Assembly (NCBI GenBank): GCA_965195345.1
Contig: OZ239628.1
Coordinates: 128,001 to 192,000, forward strand
Direction of reading: 5' to 3'
From: an uncultured Thiomicrospira sp.
GTDB taxonomy: Bacteria; Pseudomonadota; Gammaproteobacteria; CAKMZV01
DNA length: 64,000 bases
Under the pieces are notes generated by a model. It had not been told where the DNA came from, searched no databases, and was given only the letters and a program-made list of their open reading frames with translations. Positions 43,834 to 53,600 of this stretch are shown piece by piece. Both the position numbers and the translations under genes were made by a program. Numbering within the stretch: the stretch's first letter is position 1; every line of letters begins with the position of its first letter.

Positions 43834-44135
43834 AATTGCGAGTAGTACTCAGCCAATGCCACAATATCACTATCAGTCAACCCAATAAGAATAGCATTCA
43901 TTTCTGAAGATTTCCTTCTTCCATCTCTATAGGCATACAAAGCGTCTATTAGATACTTTTTATGTTGCCCCGCAAGGTGTGGATAAGAAGGTATAGAGGA
44001 ATAGCCATCCACTCCATGGCACGCCTGACAAATTGCCGCTTTTGCCGGCTTGATGTTCTCAGCAAAAGCTAATGAGAAGAATGCATGGTATATAAGCAAT
44101 GAGCCTAATAAAAATAATCGATGGACTTTTGTCAT
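43830..44135 (-). CDS. Small monoheme cytochrome c (c553/c554-like)
   Basis: Start MTKVH (44135), signal peptide, CQACHG, YPHLAGQ; paralog of the adjacent gene. Confidence 0.9.
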   Translation of the reverse strand: MTKVHRLFLLGSLLIYHAFFSLAFAENIKPAKAAICQACHGVDGYSSIPSYPHLAGQHKKYLIDALYAYRDGRRKSSEMNAILIGLTDSDIVALAEYYSQL

Positions 44136-44548
44136 AAAAAATGTTCTCGTATTCTGTAGCGAAACAGCAAATACATTATATCGAAGCAATATAAGACAAA
44201 TAAGCACGTATATACAGATTAGATAGTACTTCCTTGTACCATCAAATTTGTTGTCAAATACAATAGATAGACATACGCTTTGTAAGTGCTTTAATATTGG
44301 TACATTTAGCGGCACACAATTGCATTTCCCATATGCATCGCCCACCGCATTACTCGCGTTATTACCCTATGCTGTACTATATTCTAAAAATATCGGACCA
44401 AATTTCTGGCATAAGAGGAATAAATGTCTCCAGATATGTCTGTTCTTTTGTATAATCTCGCCCCCGATAGACATAAGGCTATTAATTAAATAACCTACAA
44501 GCACGTCTACCAAACTTTTAAATTGCAACTGAAGAATACAGGTTCACC

Positions 44549-44893
44549 ATGAATCCAATTATAAAATCCATTGAAACAGAACAGCTCCGCACAGACTTTC
44601 CAAAGTTTTCACCTGGCGATACCGTTGCGGTTGCAATGCGTGTTCGCGAGGGCGAACGCGAGCGCATACAAACTTTTGAAGGGGTGGTCATTGCTAAACG
44701 TAATCGCAGTATAAACAGCGCTTTTACTGTCCGCAAACATTCTTACGGAGAAAGTCTTGAAAGAGTCTTTCAGACGCATAGTCCTCTAATTGAAAGTATT
44801 AAAGTACTCAGAAGAGGCGCTGTACGTAGAGCTAAACTTTACTACTTGCGTAAACTTCATGGTAAGTCTGCAAGAATTAAAGAAAAAATATAG
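44549..44893 (+). CDS. rplS: 50S ribosomal protein L19
   Basis: [25 protein letters not shown]. Confidence 0.99.
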   Translation: MNPIIKSIETEQLRTDFPKFSPGDTVAVAMRVREGERERIQTFEGVVIAKRNRSINSAFTVRKHSYGESLERVFQTHSPLIESIKVLRRGAVRRAKLYYLRKLHGKSARIKEKI

Positions 44894-45007
44894 ATCCCGT
44901 TCTAAGCAAATATATTTAGCCTTCCCGCAAACGGGGAATGTTGAAATATTCCGTATAATTTGGTTATTATCTCTTAGTCTCTTGAATCCTTCTAAAAGGT
45001 CTCTGTT

Positions 45008-45760
45008 ATGTTCATAAAAAAATTTATAAAAAGTTTACTCCTATCTTCTGTATTGATTGCTCCAGCCTTTGCCGTCGAATTAGCTCCTACATCAGAACAA
45101 CAAAAAATTCAAAAGGCACTTGAAGGTGTCATGGAAAATACGCACCTAGTAAAAGTCTATCTTTCTGATTTGCCAAATTTCTTTATCCTCCAAATTGGTG
45201 GGCAAACCGCTATGATTAGCAAAGACGGAAAATTTCTAATTGATGGCGATGTTATTGACTTAGATAATAGAAGAAGCTTATTAAAAGGTGTGCATACAGC
45301 TTTCGTAGACAAGCAAATCAATGACATACCAGATGACCAAAAAGTCACGTTCAAAGCAAAAGACGAGTTAGCAGCCATACATGTTTTCAGTGATATAGAT
45401 TGCGGTTACTGTCGCAAACTGCACAACGAAATAACAGCGTTAAACGATGATGGGATTACTGTACATTACTTAGCTTTTCCTCGATCAGGACCAGATACAA
45501 AGTCTTGGAAAAAGAGCGAAAATGTTTGGTGTGCTAAAAACAAGCAGAACGCTATGACTGATGCTAAACAAGGAAAGTCAACATCTTCTTTCCCTCAATC
45601 GGAAAACTGTTCAGTTGATATTGCAATGCAATATGAGCTTGGTCAAAAAATTGGTGTGCGTGGTACGCCTTCAATTATCATGCCTAACGGCGAAATGGTG
45701 CCAGGGTATCTTCCTGCTACTCAACTAGTTGCCAAAATTTTAAGCACCCCTCCTCAGTAA
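45008..45760 (+). CDS. dsbC: Thiol:disulfide isomerase DsbC
   Basis: Signal peptide, FSDIDCGYCRKLH, YLAFPR, GTP. Confidence 0.93.
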   Translation: MFIKKFIKSLLLSSVLIAPAFAVELAPTSEQQKIQKALEGVMENTHLVKVYLSDLPNFFILQIGGQTAMISKDGKFLIDGDVIDLDNRRSLLKGVHTAFVDKQINDIPDDQKVTFKAKDELAAIHVFSDIDCGYCRKLHNEITALNDDGITVHYLAFPRSGPDTKSWKKSENVWCAKNKQNAMTDAKQGKSTSSFPQSENCSVDIAMQYELGQKIGVRGTPSIIMPNGEMVPGYLPATQLVAKILSTPPQ

Positions 45761-45771
45761 AGTAGCTTCCT

Positions 45772-47007
45772 ATGCGACCTGTGCTGCAGCTGGAGCTGGA
45801 CTTTCTCAGCCCGCACCAGCGTAACACCGCACAAGAAGTTTTAGGAAAATGCATACATTGTGGATTCTGTAATGCTACGTGTCCAACCTATCGCATCCTT
45901 GGAGACGAATTAGATGGTCCTCGAGGAAGAATATACCAAATTAAAAATGTCTTAGAAGGCACTTCTGTTTCTGCTTCTTTTCAACACCACCTTGATCGAT
46001 GTCTTACCTGTAGAAATTGTGAGACGACTTGTCCCTCAGGCGTTGAATACGGGAAACTATTAGACATAGGAAGACATATTGCTCGTAAAAAAGGCCCCCC
46101 TGCGCTTTGGCACCGCCGATTATTGGAATGGCTCGTTCTAGTATTTTTACCGTACCCCAATAGATTAAAACCCTTCCTTCGCATTGCACAGTTTTTCTCA
46201 CCCGTATTGCCCAAAAAGCTATCTCAGAAAATTCCTTTAATTGGCGAAAAGAAACGCAACTTAACGCCTCTAACCACAGGCAAAAGAAAAGTTTTAATTC
46301 CTGGAGGATGCGTTCAATCATTAGTCCAGCCCAATACTGTCGATGCCTGCATACGTATATTCAATCGGTTTGGCGTACATACCGTCACCAATCCCAATCA
46401 ATGTTGCGGAGCAATTGCACAACATCTTGGATCGGTTTCACTCGCAGAGAAACAAATGGTAGCCAACATATCGATTTGGGAAGAGGCTTTGGAGAATGGT
46501 GTAGAAAACATCATCATAACCGCTTCAGGATGTGGAGTCACCGTCAAAGAATATCCACATTTGTTAGCAGATACCATCCACAAAACGCGGGCACAGAAAA
46601 TAAGCGACGCGACTCTTGATATGTGTGAGTGGCTAAACCCCTCTATGGTTAAAGAACGATTCAACGATCAGCTTCCTCTACTTAAGGTTGCATTTCAATC
46701 CCCATGCAGCCTTCAACATGGACAAAAAATCACTGGGAAAATTGAAGCACTGCTTCAGGCAGTGAACTGCGAATTATTACCTATTAAGGATGCGCATTTA
46801 TGTTGTGGATCTGCTGGAACGTACTCATTATTTCAACCAGATTTATCCGATCAACTACTCATGAGCAAAGTATCAAACTTACAAGAAACACAGTGCGACT
46901 TAATCGTTACCGCGAACGTCGGCTGTCATCTATCACTTCAAGCACGCTCAAGCGTACCTGTTAAGCATTGGATTGAAGTAATAGATGAACGGTTAAAGCA
47001 GGCATAA
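45772..47007 (+). CDS. glcF: Glycolate oxidase Fe-S subunit
   Basis: CIHCGFCNATCPTY, DGPRGRI, CLTCRNCETTCPSGV, two CCG domains. Confidence 0.93.
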   Translation: MRPVLQLELDFLSPHQRNTAQEVLGKCIHCGFCNATCPTYRILGDELDGPRGRIYQIKNVLEGTSVSASFQHHLDRCLTCRNCETTCPSGVEYGKLLDIGRHIARKKGPPALWHRRLLEWLVLVFLPYPNRLKPFLRIAQFFSPVLPKKLSQKIPLIGEKKRNLTPLTTGKRKVLIPGGCVQSLVQPNTVDACIRIFNRFGVHTVTNPNQCCGAIAQHLGSVSLAEKQMVANISIWEEALENGVENIIITASGCGVTVKEYPHLLADTIHKTRAQKISDATLDMCEWLNPSMVKERFNDQLPLLKVAFQSPCSLQHGQKITGKIEALLQAVNCELLPIKDAHLCCGSAGTYSLFQPDLSDQLLMSKVSNLQETQCDLIVTANVGCHLSLQARSSVPVKHWIEVIDERLKQA

Positions 47008-47123
47008 TCGTTTTATCTGTTAATCTTTTCTATTTCAGAAGGAGACAATTCGTCTAAGAACTTCTCTCCCTGTTGTCTTGCTGTTTGCCTTTATTCTATA
47101 CATCCATAATAAAAGGATGTGAA

Positions 47124-47684
47124 ATGAAAAAGCTACAAAATAAACAAGAAGGCTTTAGCCTTATAGAAATTGCTATTGTATTAGTTATTATTGGCGTGCT
47201 AGCAGGCGCTGTAGTTAAGGGAGTAGCTCTCATAAATGACGCAAAGCTCTCAAAGGCGGAACAAGCCATTCAATCAATATCAACCGCTTATTTAACTTAC
47301 TTGCGCTCGTATTCGGCCCCTCCCGGTGATGATAGCGTAGCAAACGAACGTTTTAACATAACCAACGCTAATGGCAATGGAGACACCGTTATCAGTTCAG
47401 AAGAGTCTAACAATGCTTGGTTGCATTTACGAAATGCAGGATTTATGACTGGCTCTGGAAGCCTTGCCCCTTTACACCCATGGGGAAGCGCCTACAACCT
47501 TATACACAGCGTCGTATTCGCACGGAATGCGTTGTGCTTAAACGCAGTACAAGGTGATCAAGCGAGCATTCTTGATAACAGATTAGACGATGGACGACCA
47601 AATTCAGGAACTATTCGATCAGACAACGCTCTGCACACCGCCTATGACGCATCCACAAACTATAATGTTTGTTCTCCGTTATAA
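47124..47684 (+). CDS. Type IV pilin/pseudopilin-like protein (prepilin cleavage/methylation)
   Basis: MKKLQNKQEG|FSLIEIAIVLVIIG class III signal; C-terminal Cys pair; DxxLDDG motif. Confidence 0.88.
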   Translation: MKKLQNKQEGFSLIEIAIVLVIIGVLAGAVVKGVALINDAKLSKAEQAIQSISTAYLTYLRSYSAPPGDDSVANERFNITNANGNGDTVISSEESNNAWLHLRNAGFMTGSGSLAPLHPWGSAYNLIHSVVFARNALCLNAVQGDQASILDNRLDDGRPNSGTIRSDNALHTAYDASTNYNVCSPL

Positions 47685-47690
47685 AGAAGA

Positions 47691-47721
47691 AAAAAGCGGG
47701 ATTTTGTTAAAAATCCTTTTT
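47691..47721. terminator. Likely bidirectional terminator between the pilin gene and gshB
   Basis: A-tract, GGATTTT-gtta-AAAATCC hairpin, then T-tract, between convergent genes. Confidence 0.5.
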
Positions 47722-47750
47722 GACAAGGCTATTCTCTTTTGTGCCAACGG

Positions 47751-48698
47751 CTATGCCTGATTAAAAACGACACTCTGAATCAAATGCAAGGCGATATTTG
47801 ATCCTGTGTGATCATCAATTTCGCGTACGCACGTTGGACTGGTAATATTAATTTCGGTTAAAAAGTCACCAATAACATCCAATCCTGCAAAGTAAATGCC
47901 TTTATCAACAAGATCTTTCCCAACCTGATCACAAATCCATTTGTCTCGTGCGCTCAATGGCTGGACAACACCTACGCCCCCAACAGCTAAATTGCCACGA
48001 AAGTCGTCACCTGAAGGGATGCGAGCCAAAACATGCTCAACAGGTTTCCCATTAATTAGTAATATCCGCTTGTCACCAGCTGTTATCTCAGGCAAGTACT
48101 TTTGAGCCATCACGCTACGTTGTTGCTGAAGAGAAATTGTATCCAATATGACCTGCGTATTTGGATCGCCTAAGCGCACTCTAAAAATTGAGTCACCACC
48201 CATTGAATACAAAGGCTTCAATACAATATCTTCGTGCATATGCAAAAATTCTAAAAGAACCGATTTTTTCCTACTTACACAATGGGCGGGGCAACATTGG
48301 GGGAAATCGAGAGCGTATAATTTTTCATTGCAATTGCGAATCGATGAAGGGCGGTTTATTACGCGCACCCCTGTTTTTTCAACCTTTTCTAATAAATAAG
48401 TAACGAGTAGATATTCACTGTCAAACGGTGGATCATGACGAATAAACACAAAATCCATTTCTGAAAGCGACATGCTTTGTAATTCTGATACTCGCACCTC
48501 AGAAAACGCTATTGGAGTTGCAACCTCAATACGCGCCACATCAGCAAGCACTTCATCGTTCAATAAGCGCAATGATGCGGGGGTTGAATAATAGCAGGTA
48601 CATCCGCTTTGCTGACCCGCTAATATCATAGCCAAAGTGGTGTCTTTTTTCTTGTTAAGGCGATCCAAAGGATCCATCAGAAAAAGAATTTTCTTCAT
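47751..48698 (-). CDS. gshB: Glutathione synthetase
   Basis: MDP, KDTT, RHDPPFD, NEKL, GDKRI, RGNLAVGG, EINITSPT. Confidence 0.97.
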   Translation of the reverse strand: MKKILFLMDPLDRLNKKKDTTLAMILAGQQSGCTCYYSTPASLRLLNDEVLADVARIEVATPIAFSEVRVSELQSMSLSEMDFVFIRHDPPFDSEYLLVTYLLEKVEKTGVRVINRPSSIRNCNEKLYALDFPQCCPAHCVSRKKSVLLEFLHMHEDIVLKPLYSMGGDSIFRVRLGDPNTQVILDTISLQQQRSVMAQKYLPEITAGDKRILLINGKPVEHVLARIPSGDDFRGNLAVGGVGVVQPLSARDKWICDQVGKDLVDKGIYFAGLDVIGDFLTEINITSPTCVREIDDHTGSNIALHLIQSVVFNQA

Positions 48699-49966
48699 GC
48701 TTTTTGCGTGATCTCTAAAGCAGCAGCAGCAGCGGCAAGCCTTGCAACAACACCATATATGTAAAATCGGTTTTTTTCACTTGCAAGCGTATTCATACAA
48801 ACCATTGGCTCCTTCAAAGCCAGAGGACTAAAATGCATTCCGGGAGAGTTGAGACTTTCGTCAGCGCCTTTATTCTTATGAATTCGATAAAAGCCACCAA
48901 CAACAAAATGATCGATCATATAAACCACCGGCTCGGAAACATTACCATCTCCAACCGTTTCTACACTATAAACCCCTTCTTGCAATAGTACTTCATTGAT
49001 ACTAACACCTTCTTTTCCGACTTTCATTTTATTACGTTTCTTGCGATTGAGCTGCTTAACTTCGCTGGCGCTACGGATTGCAACTACGCCCATTCCATAA
49101 GTGCCCGAAGTGGCTTTCATCATTACATAGGGTTTTTTACTAATGCCATATTCGGTGTATTTGCTTTGTGTTTTTTGCAGTAGTGCGTCCACTTCGTGTT
49201 CAAGTTGTTGTGTCGTTTCAGCACTATCCAAATCAATTTTGACGCCTTCATCAGGCGACATTGGCGTAACCAGCCATGGATCAATTCCCAGCATGTTTGA
49301 AAAAGATTCAGTAATCTCCTGATATGCTTTGTAGTGCCCTTGCTTAGTTCTTTTGTGCCACCCAAGCTCAAAGGGTGGAATAACATGCTGCCCGTCAAGC
49401 CCTTTAAGTAAATTGGGAGCGCCTGAGGATAAATCATTATTTAAGACGATTGCACAGGGCACAAAATCATTATCTACATATAAGTAATCTTCTCTAATGA
49501 CTGGAAAGATAGTTATGGATTTCCCTCCCTCAAGATCTATTACTCGAGGTTCTTTTACCTCTGGGTCAATGCTACCAATTCGAACGCGAAACCCTGCTTG
49601 CGCTATCAATGTGTAAAGTCTAAATAAACTTTCAAGATAGAAGGCATTTCTTGTGTGGTTTTCTGCAATAATTAAGACTTGATGCGCACGCGGACAATAC
49701 CTTAGTATTGCATACTCTAATGCAGGTAAGCACAGTGGTTCTGAATCAACATGCAAGTTATTGAATCCGGCTGGAAACAAATTAGTGTCCACAGGAGCGA
49801 CCTTAAAGCCTGCGTTCCTAATATCGACAGAAGTGTAGAATGGCGCAGGATTTAATAACCAATGCCTATGCAACCAATACTCTATGTCTAATTGTCTATT
49901 GAAGAATATTTTTTCTAATTCGAGAAGGGGACCTTTGAGAGACGTTTGGAGATTAGGGACGATCAT
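48695..49966 (-). CDS. gshA: Glutamate-cysteine ligase, Acidithiobacillus/beta-proteobacterial type
   Basis: PFYTSVDIRNAGFK, PVDTNLFPAGFNNL, GTYGMG, EPVVY; directly upstream of gshB. Confidence 0.93.
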   Translation of the reverse strand: MIVPNLQTSLKGPLLELEKIFFNRQLDIEYWLHRHWLLNPAPFYTSVDIRNAGFKVAPVDTNLFPAGFNNLHVDSEPLCLPALEYAILRYCPRAHQVLIIAENHTRNAFYLESLFRLYTLIAQAGFRVRIGSIDPEVKEPRVIDLEGGKSITIFPVIREDYLYVDNDFVPCAIVLNNDLSSGAPNLLKGLDGQHVIPPFELGWHKRTKQGHYKAYQEITESFSNMLGIDPWLVTPMSPDEGVKIDLDSAETTQQLEHEVDALLQKTQSKYTEYGISKKPYVMMKATSGTYGMGVVAIRSASEVKQLNRKKRNKMKVGKEGVSINEVLLQEGVYSVETVGDGNVSEPVVYMIDHFVVGGFYRIHKNKGADESLNSPGMHFSPLALKEPMVCMNTLASEKNRFYIYGVVARLAAAAAALEITQKA

Positions 49967-50038
49967 GGGTGGAATGTTTTTATTAGTCTTATGATTAAGC
50001 GTGACATTATAAGCCAAGATAGATTGCTTAACGCTTGT

Positions 50039-50731
50039 ATGCTGGTTGATTTAAAGGCAAATGTTGAGTTACTTGATGAAGTTGATTCAACCAACTCTAC
50101 GGCATTGTCAAATAAAAAAGATACTCATCTATTGGTTGCGACCCGTCAAACGCAAGGAGTTGGTCGGAGAACAAACCGATGGAACTCACAACCTGGGGAT
50201 GTGATATTGTCGTATTCTTTTATGTACTCTTCACCTCCACCCAGCCATTTTTCTTTAAATGTAGGCGTGGCAATCAGTGAAAGTTTGCGCCGTCTCGGAG
50301 GCAAGGAGCTGCTTATTAAGTGGCCTAATGACTTAGTGTACTCTCTCGAGAGCACACTAATCAAAGTTGGCGGAATTTTGATAGATGTAGCCTCTCAACA
50401 AGAGAAGTTTCTTTGGGTTGTTGGTGTGGGGATTAATGTCACCACATCACCTGGGCTTCGACAACTACATATCGACGCCCCTCTTGAACGTATAATCGCT
50501 CATGTGGCCAAAGCCATTGAAGATGCTCCGCATGAATTCGATATAAATCGATTCAATGAATTCAATGCCTTACAAAATAAACGCATCACTTTTATAAATC
50601 CTAAAGGAGAAACCATTTCAGGGCGTGCACGCTCCATCGGTAAAGACGGAACTCTAGGAATAGAAATATCAAAAAAAATGCATTTTTTTAACAATATCCA
50701 CTCAATCCGCTTACATGAAACTACTAATTGA
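50039..50731 (+). CDS. birA: Biotin-protein ligase without an N-terminal HTH (start uncertain, 49991 or 50039)
   Basis: DSTN, QTQGVGR, KWPNDL, KVGGIL, GVGIN; birA-coaX synteny. Confidence 0.88.
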   Translation: MLVDLKANVELLDEVDSTNSTALSNKKDTHLLVATRQTQGVGRRTNRWNSQPGDVILSYSFMYSSPPPSHFSLNVGVAISESLRRLGGKELLIKWPNDLVYSLESTLIKVGGILIDVASQQEKFLWVVGVGINVTTSPGLRQLHIDAPLERIIAHVAKAIEDAPHEFDINRFNEFNALQNKRITFINPKGETISGRARSIGKDGTLGIEISKKMHFFNNIHSIRLHETTN

Positions 50732-51431
50732 TTTAGGGAGCGGTAGTTTGAAATGGTGCCTATCAAGCGACATCAACGCCATTAACCGCACATCTTTGGA
50801 TGCGTTTATAGAAACCATGCAATCATTTGATGATGTTGAGCATGCTTTTATCAGCAGTGTAAGAAACCAAGATCAAACATCTACCTTAGTTCATTTTCTA
50901 AAACAACGGATTGACTTTGTTGAAAACTTAGCGCCCAACAAAGATATTCTTGATTCTGCGTACAACAATATTACCCACCTCGGCATTGATCGATGGTTGT
51001 GTATGGTTGGTGCTATGGAACAAGCGCCCTGTCTTGTAATAGACGCAGGAACGGCAATAACTATTGACTATATTGATCTCATCAATAATCGTCCCTTTCA
51101 CGCCGGTGGCTGGATTTTACCTGGGCATACATTGATGTTAGAAACACTTCTCAATCAAACCAATCTCAGCGAAAAGCCACGTGACAATTCAACATTTTGG
51201 GGAAATGACACTCAAAGTTGTATGTACAACGGCATAGAAAATTCATATACAGCGATTATAAATCATGCCCAAAAACAAACAAACACGCCGATCATTCTAA
51301 CTGGAGGCGATGCACCAAAACTTTTCAATGCTTTATCAAATCAAAATAATCATCGCCTGAATCAAATGGAAGAGCAACCTTCTCTCATTTTTTCAGGGAT
51401 GTTAAAAACGATACTATTTGCAAATCAATAA
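50715..51431 (+). CDS. coaX: Type III pantothenate kinase
   Basis: LLIDLG, LGIDRW, IDAGTAITID, GGWILPG, LTGGD. Confidence 0.9.
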   Translation: MKLLIDLGSGSLKWCLSSDINAINRTSLDAFIETMQSFDDVEHAFISSVRNQDQTSTLVHFLKQRIDFVENLAPNKDILDSAYNNITHLGIDRWLCMVGAMEQAPCLVIDAGTAITIDYIDLINNRPFHAGGWILPGHTLMLETLLNQTNLSEKPRDNSTFWGNDTQSCMYNGIENSYTAIINHAQKQTNTPIILTGGDAPKLFNALSNQNNHRLNQMEEQPSLIFSGMLKTILFANQ

Positions 51432-51627
51432 CAGCTAAATCCTCATCCTCTGCACCAAATTTTACTCGTGAAACTTGTCAATAACGTACATAAACGACGG
51501 TTACAAGGACCATCCTTGTCAACGAGACTGTGTTAAATTCCCCTCTGTATATTTTTTTGTGGAATGCTTCATTTATTCATGCCATATCAAGCTAAAATAA
51601 TGCTATTAGAATACTTGTATATCATTC

Positions 51628-52143
51628 ATGTCTGACACTCCAAGTTTTTCAAATTTATGCCGCCCTATTATTGAAGAAATAGGTCAAGTCCTTGTTCATC
51701 GTAAGTGGCTTTTAGCATCTGCTGAATCCTGTACCGCAGGGTGGTTTTCTAAAGCATGCACAGACTTGCCTGGCAGTTCAGCGTGGTTCGAATGTAGTAT
51801 TTCGTGCTATAGCAATTATTCTAAACGTGAGTGGCTAGGCGTCCGCCACGCAACAATTGATCATTTTGGCGCGGTCAGCGATGAAGTCGTCGCAGAAATG
51901 GTTCAAGGTTTGCTTAGTAGATCGCGCGCATCCATTGGTGTAGCCATTAGTGGCATTGCTGGTCCAAATGGAAATACAGAAGATAAGCCAGTAGGTACTG
52001 TTTGTTTTGCATGGCGAACAAAAGACGGGTTTAATGTTACTCAGCGAACGCGATTTGACGGTTCACGCACCGATATTCGCCAACAATCCATCTTCTACGC
52101 GCTAAGCGGGATTAAACAAATTCTCAACTCAAAGGAAAATTAA
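51628..52143 (+). CDS. pncC: NMN deamidase (CinA C-terminal family)
   Basis: AESCTAG, GSSAWF, GAVS, SGIAGP, KPVGTV; upstream of recA. Confidence 0.9.
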   Translation: MSDTPSFSNLCRPIIEEIGQVLVHRKWLLASAESCTAGWFSKACTDLPGSSAWFECSISCYSNYSKREWLGVRHATIDHFGAVSDEVVAEMVQGLLSRSRASIGVAISGIAGPNGNTEDKPVGTVCFAWRTKDGFNVTQRTRFDGSRTDIRQQSIFYALSGIKQILNSKEN

Positions 52144-53150
52144 TGAACGAAGATAAAAAAAGAGCATTAGAGGCCGCATTAAAGCAAATTGAAAAACAAT
52201 TTGGCGCGGGTTCTGTCATGCGTATGAAAGATGAGGCAATGGAACATCACAGCATTAAAGCTGTATCAAGTGGTTCTATAAGCCTTGATGCTGCCCTCGG
52301 TATAGGTGGTTATGCATGTGGACGTATCGTTGAAGTATTTGGCCCTGAATCTTCTGGAAAAACGACTCTCGCATTACACGCTATTGCTGAAGCTCAAAAA
52401 AATGGTGGCACCGCTGCGTTTATCGATGCAGAGCACGCTCTTGATCCAGTCTATGCCCAAAAGGTTGGCGTGAATCTGGACGATTTGTTGGTATCTCAAC
52501 CAGATACTGGTGAACAAGCATTAGAAATAACCGACACCCTCGTTCGTTCTGGCGGTATCGACATGATCGTTATTGATTCTGTAGCTGCCTTAACACCTAA
52601 AGCAGAAATTGAAGGCGATATGGGAGATTCTCATATGGGTTTGCAAGCTCGACTAATGAGTCAAGCATTGCGCAAACTAACGGCTAACATAAAACGTACC
52701 AACACCATTGTTATCTTCATCAACCAAATTCGCATGAAAATTGGCATCATGTTTGGCAGTCCAGAAACCACAACGGGTGGAAATGCCTTGAAATTTTATG
52801 CGTCCGTTCGCCTTGATATTCGTCGATTTGGTGCAGTCAAGCGCGGAGATGAAATCGTAGGTAATGAAACGCGCATTAAAGTTGTAAAAAATAAATTAGC
52901 CCCCCCATTTAAGCAAGTCGAATTAGAAATCACCTACGGGGAAGGCATCTCAAGAATGGGAGAAATAATCTCTCTAGCAGTGGAACACGATATCATTGAG
53001 AAGGCTGGGGCTTGGTATAGTTATAAGGGCGAGCGCATTGGACAAGGTAAAGAAAAAGCCAAAGCATTCCTTCAAGAAAACGCAGAGATGGCTTCAGAAA
53101 TTGAAAGCACAATACGGACGTTACTTCTGCCCAAAAAACCAACCTCTTAA
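52143..53150 (+). CDS. recA: Recombinase RecA
   Basis: [23 protein letters not shown]. Confidence 0.99.
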   Translation: MNEDKKRALEAALKQIEKQFGAGSVMRMKDEAMEHHSIKAVSSGSISLDAALGIGGYACGRIVEVFGPESSGKTTLALHAIAEAQKNGGTAAFIDAEHALDPVYAQKVGVNLDDLLVSQPDTGEQALEITDTLVRSGGIDMIVIDSVAALTPKAEIEGDMGDSHMGLQARLMSQALRKLTANIKRTNTIVIFINQIRMKIGIMFGSPETTTGGNALKFYASVRLDIRRFGAVKRGDEIVGNETRIKVVKNKLAPPFKQVELEITYGEGISRMGEIISLAVEHDIIEKAGAWYSYKGERIGQGKEKAKAFLQENAEMASEIESTIRTLLLPKKPTS

Positions 53151-53159
53151 AGGGAAAGA

Positions 53160-53600
53160 GTGGTTGGGGACATCGAGGCAGATCGCCTTAAAAAAAAATG
53201 GCTAAACATGCTTGCTCGCCGAGATCATTCAGCAGGTGAATTGCGTAAGAAATCGCTGGAATTTTCCACCGACCTTGTTGAAAAAACATTAAAAGAATTT
53301 TCTGATAAAGGGTGGCAAAGTGATGCCCGTTTTACATCCGCTTTTATTCGATATCGTTTTGAGCAAGGCAAGGGTATCAAACTAATTCGCTATGAATTGA
53401 AAAATAGAGGCATCAGTGAAGATTGCATTGATGAAGCATTGGAACAGTTTCCTCGCGAGTCTTGGAAATCTCAATGCGAGCGAGTCTATTTGAAAAAGTT
53501 TCCCACGCCACCAAAAAACTATCAAGAAAAGCAAAAAAGAAGACTCTTCTTGGCTAATCGAGGTATTGATCTCGACCTTATTAGAGAAGTTGTTAAATGA
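53160..53600 (+). CDS. recX: Regulatory protein RecX
   Basis: LARRDHSAGEL, QSDARF, ELKNRGI, FLANRG; follows recA. Confidence 0.9.
   Translation: MVGDIEADRLKKKWLNMLARRDHSAGELRKKSLEFSTDLVEKTLKEFSDKGWQSDARFTSAFIRYRFEQGKGIKLIRYELKNRGISEDCIDEALEQFPRESWKSQCERVYLKKFPTPPKNYQEKQKRRLFLANRGIDLDLIREVVK

Noticed and set aside
43830-44345. 171-aa extended cytochrome ORF
   Set aside because: The signal peptide begins at MTKVH (44135); the upstream extension is not protein-like.
50039-50731. BirA lacking the DNA-binding domain as a novelty
   Set aside because: Non-repressor (class I) biotin ligases are common.
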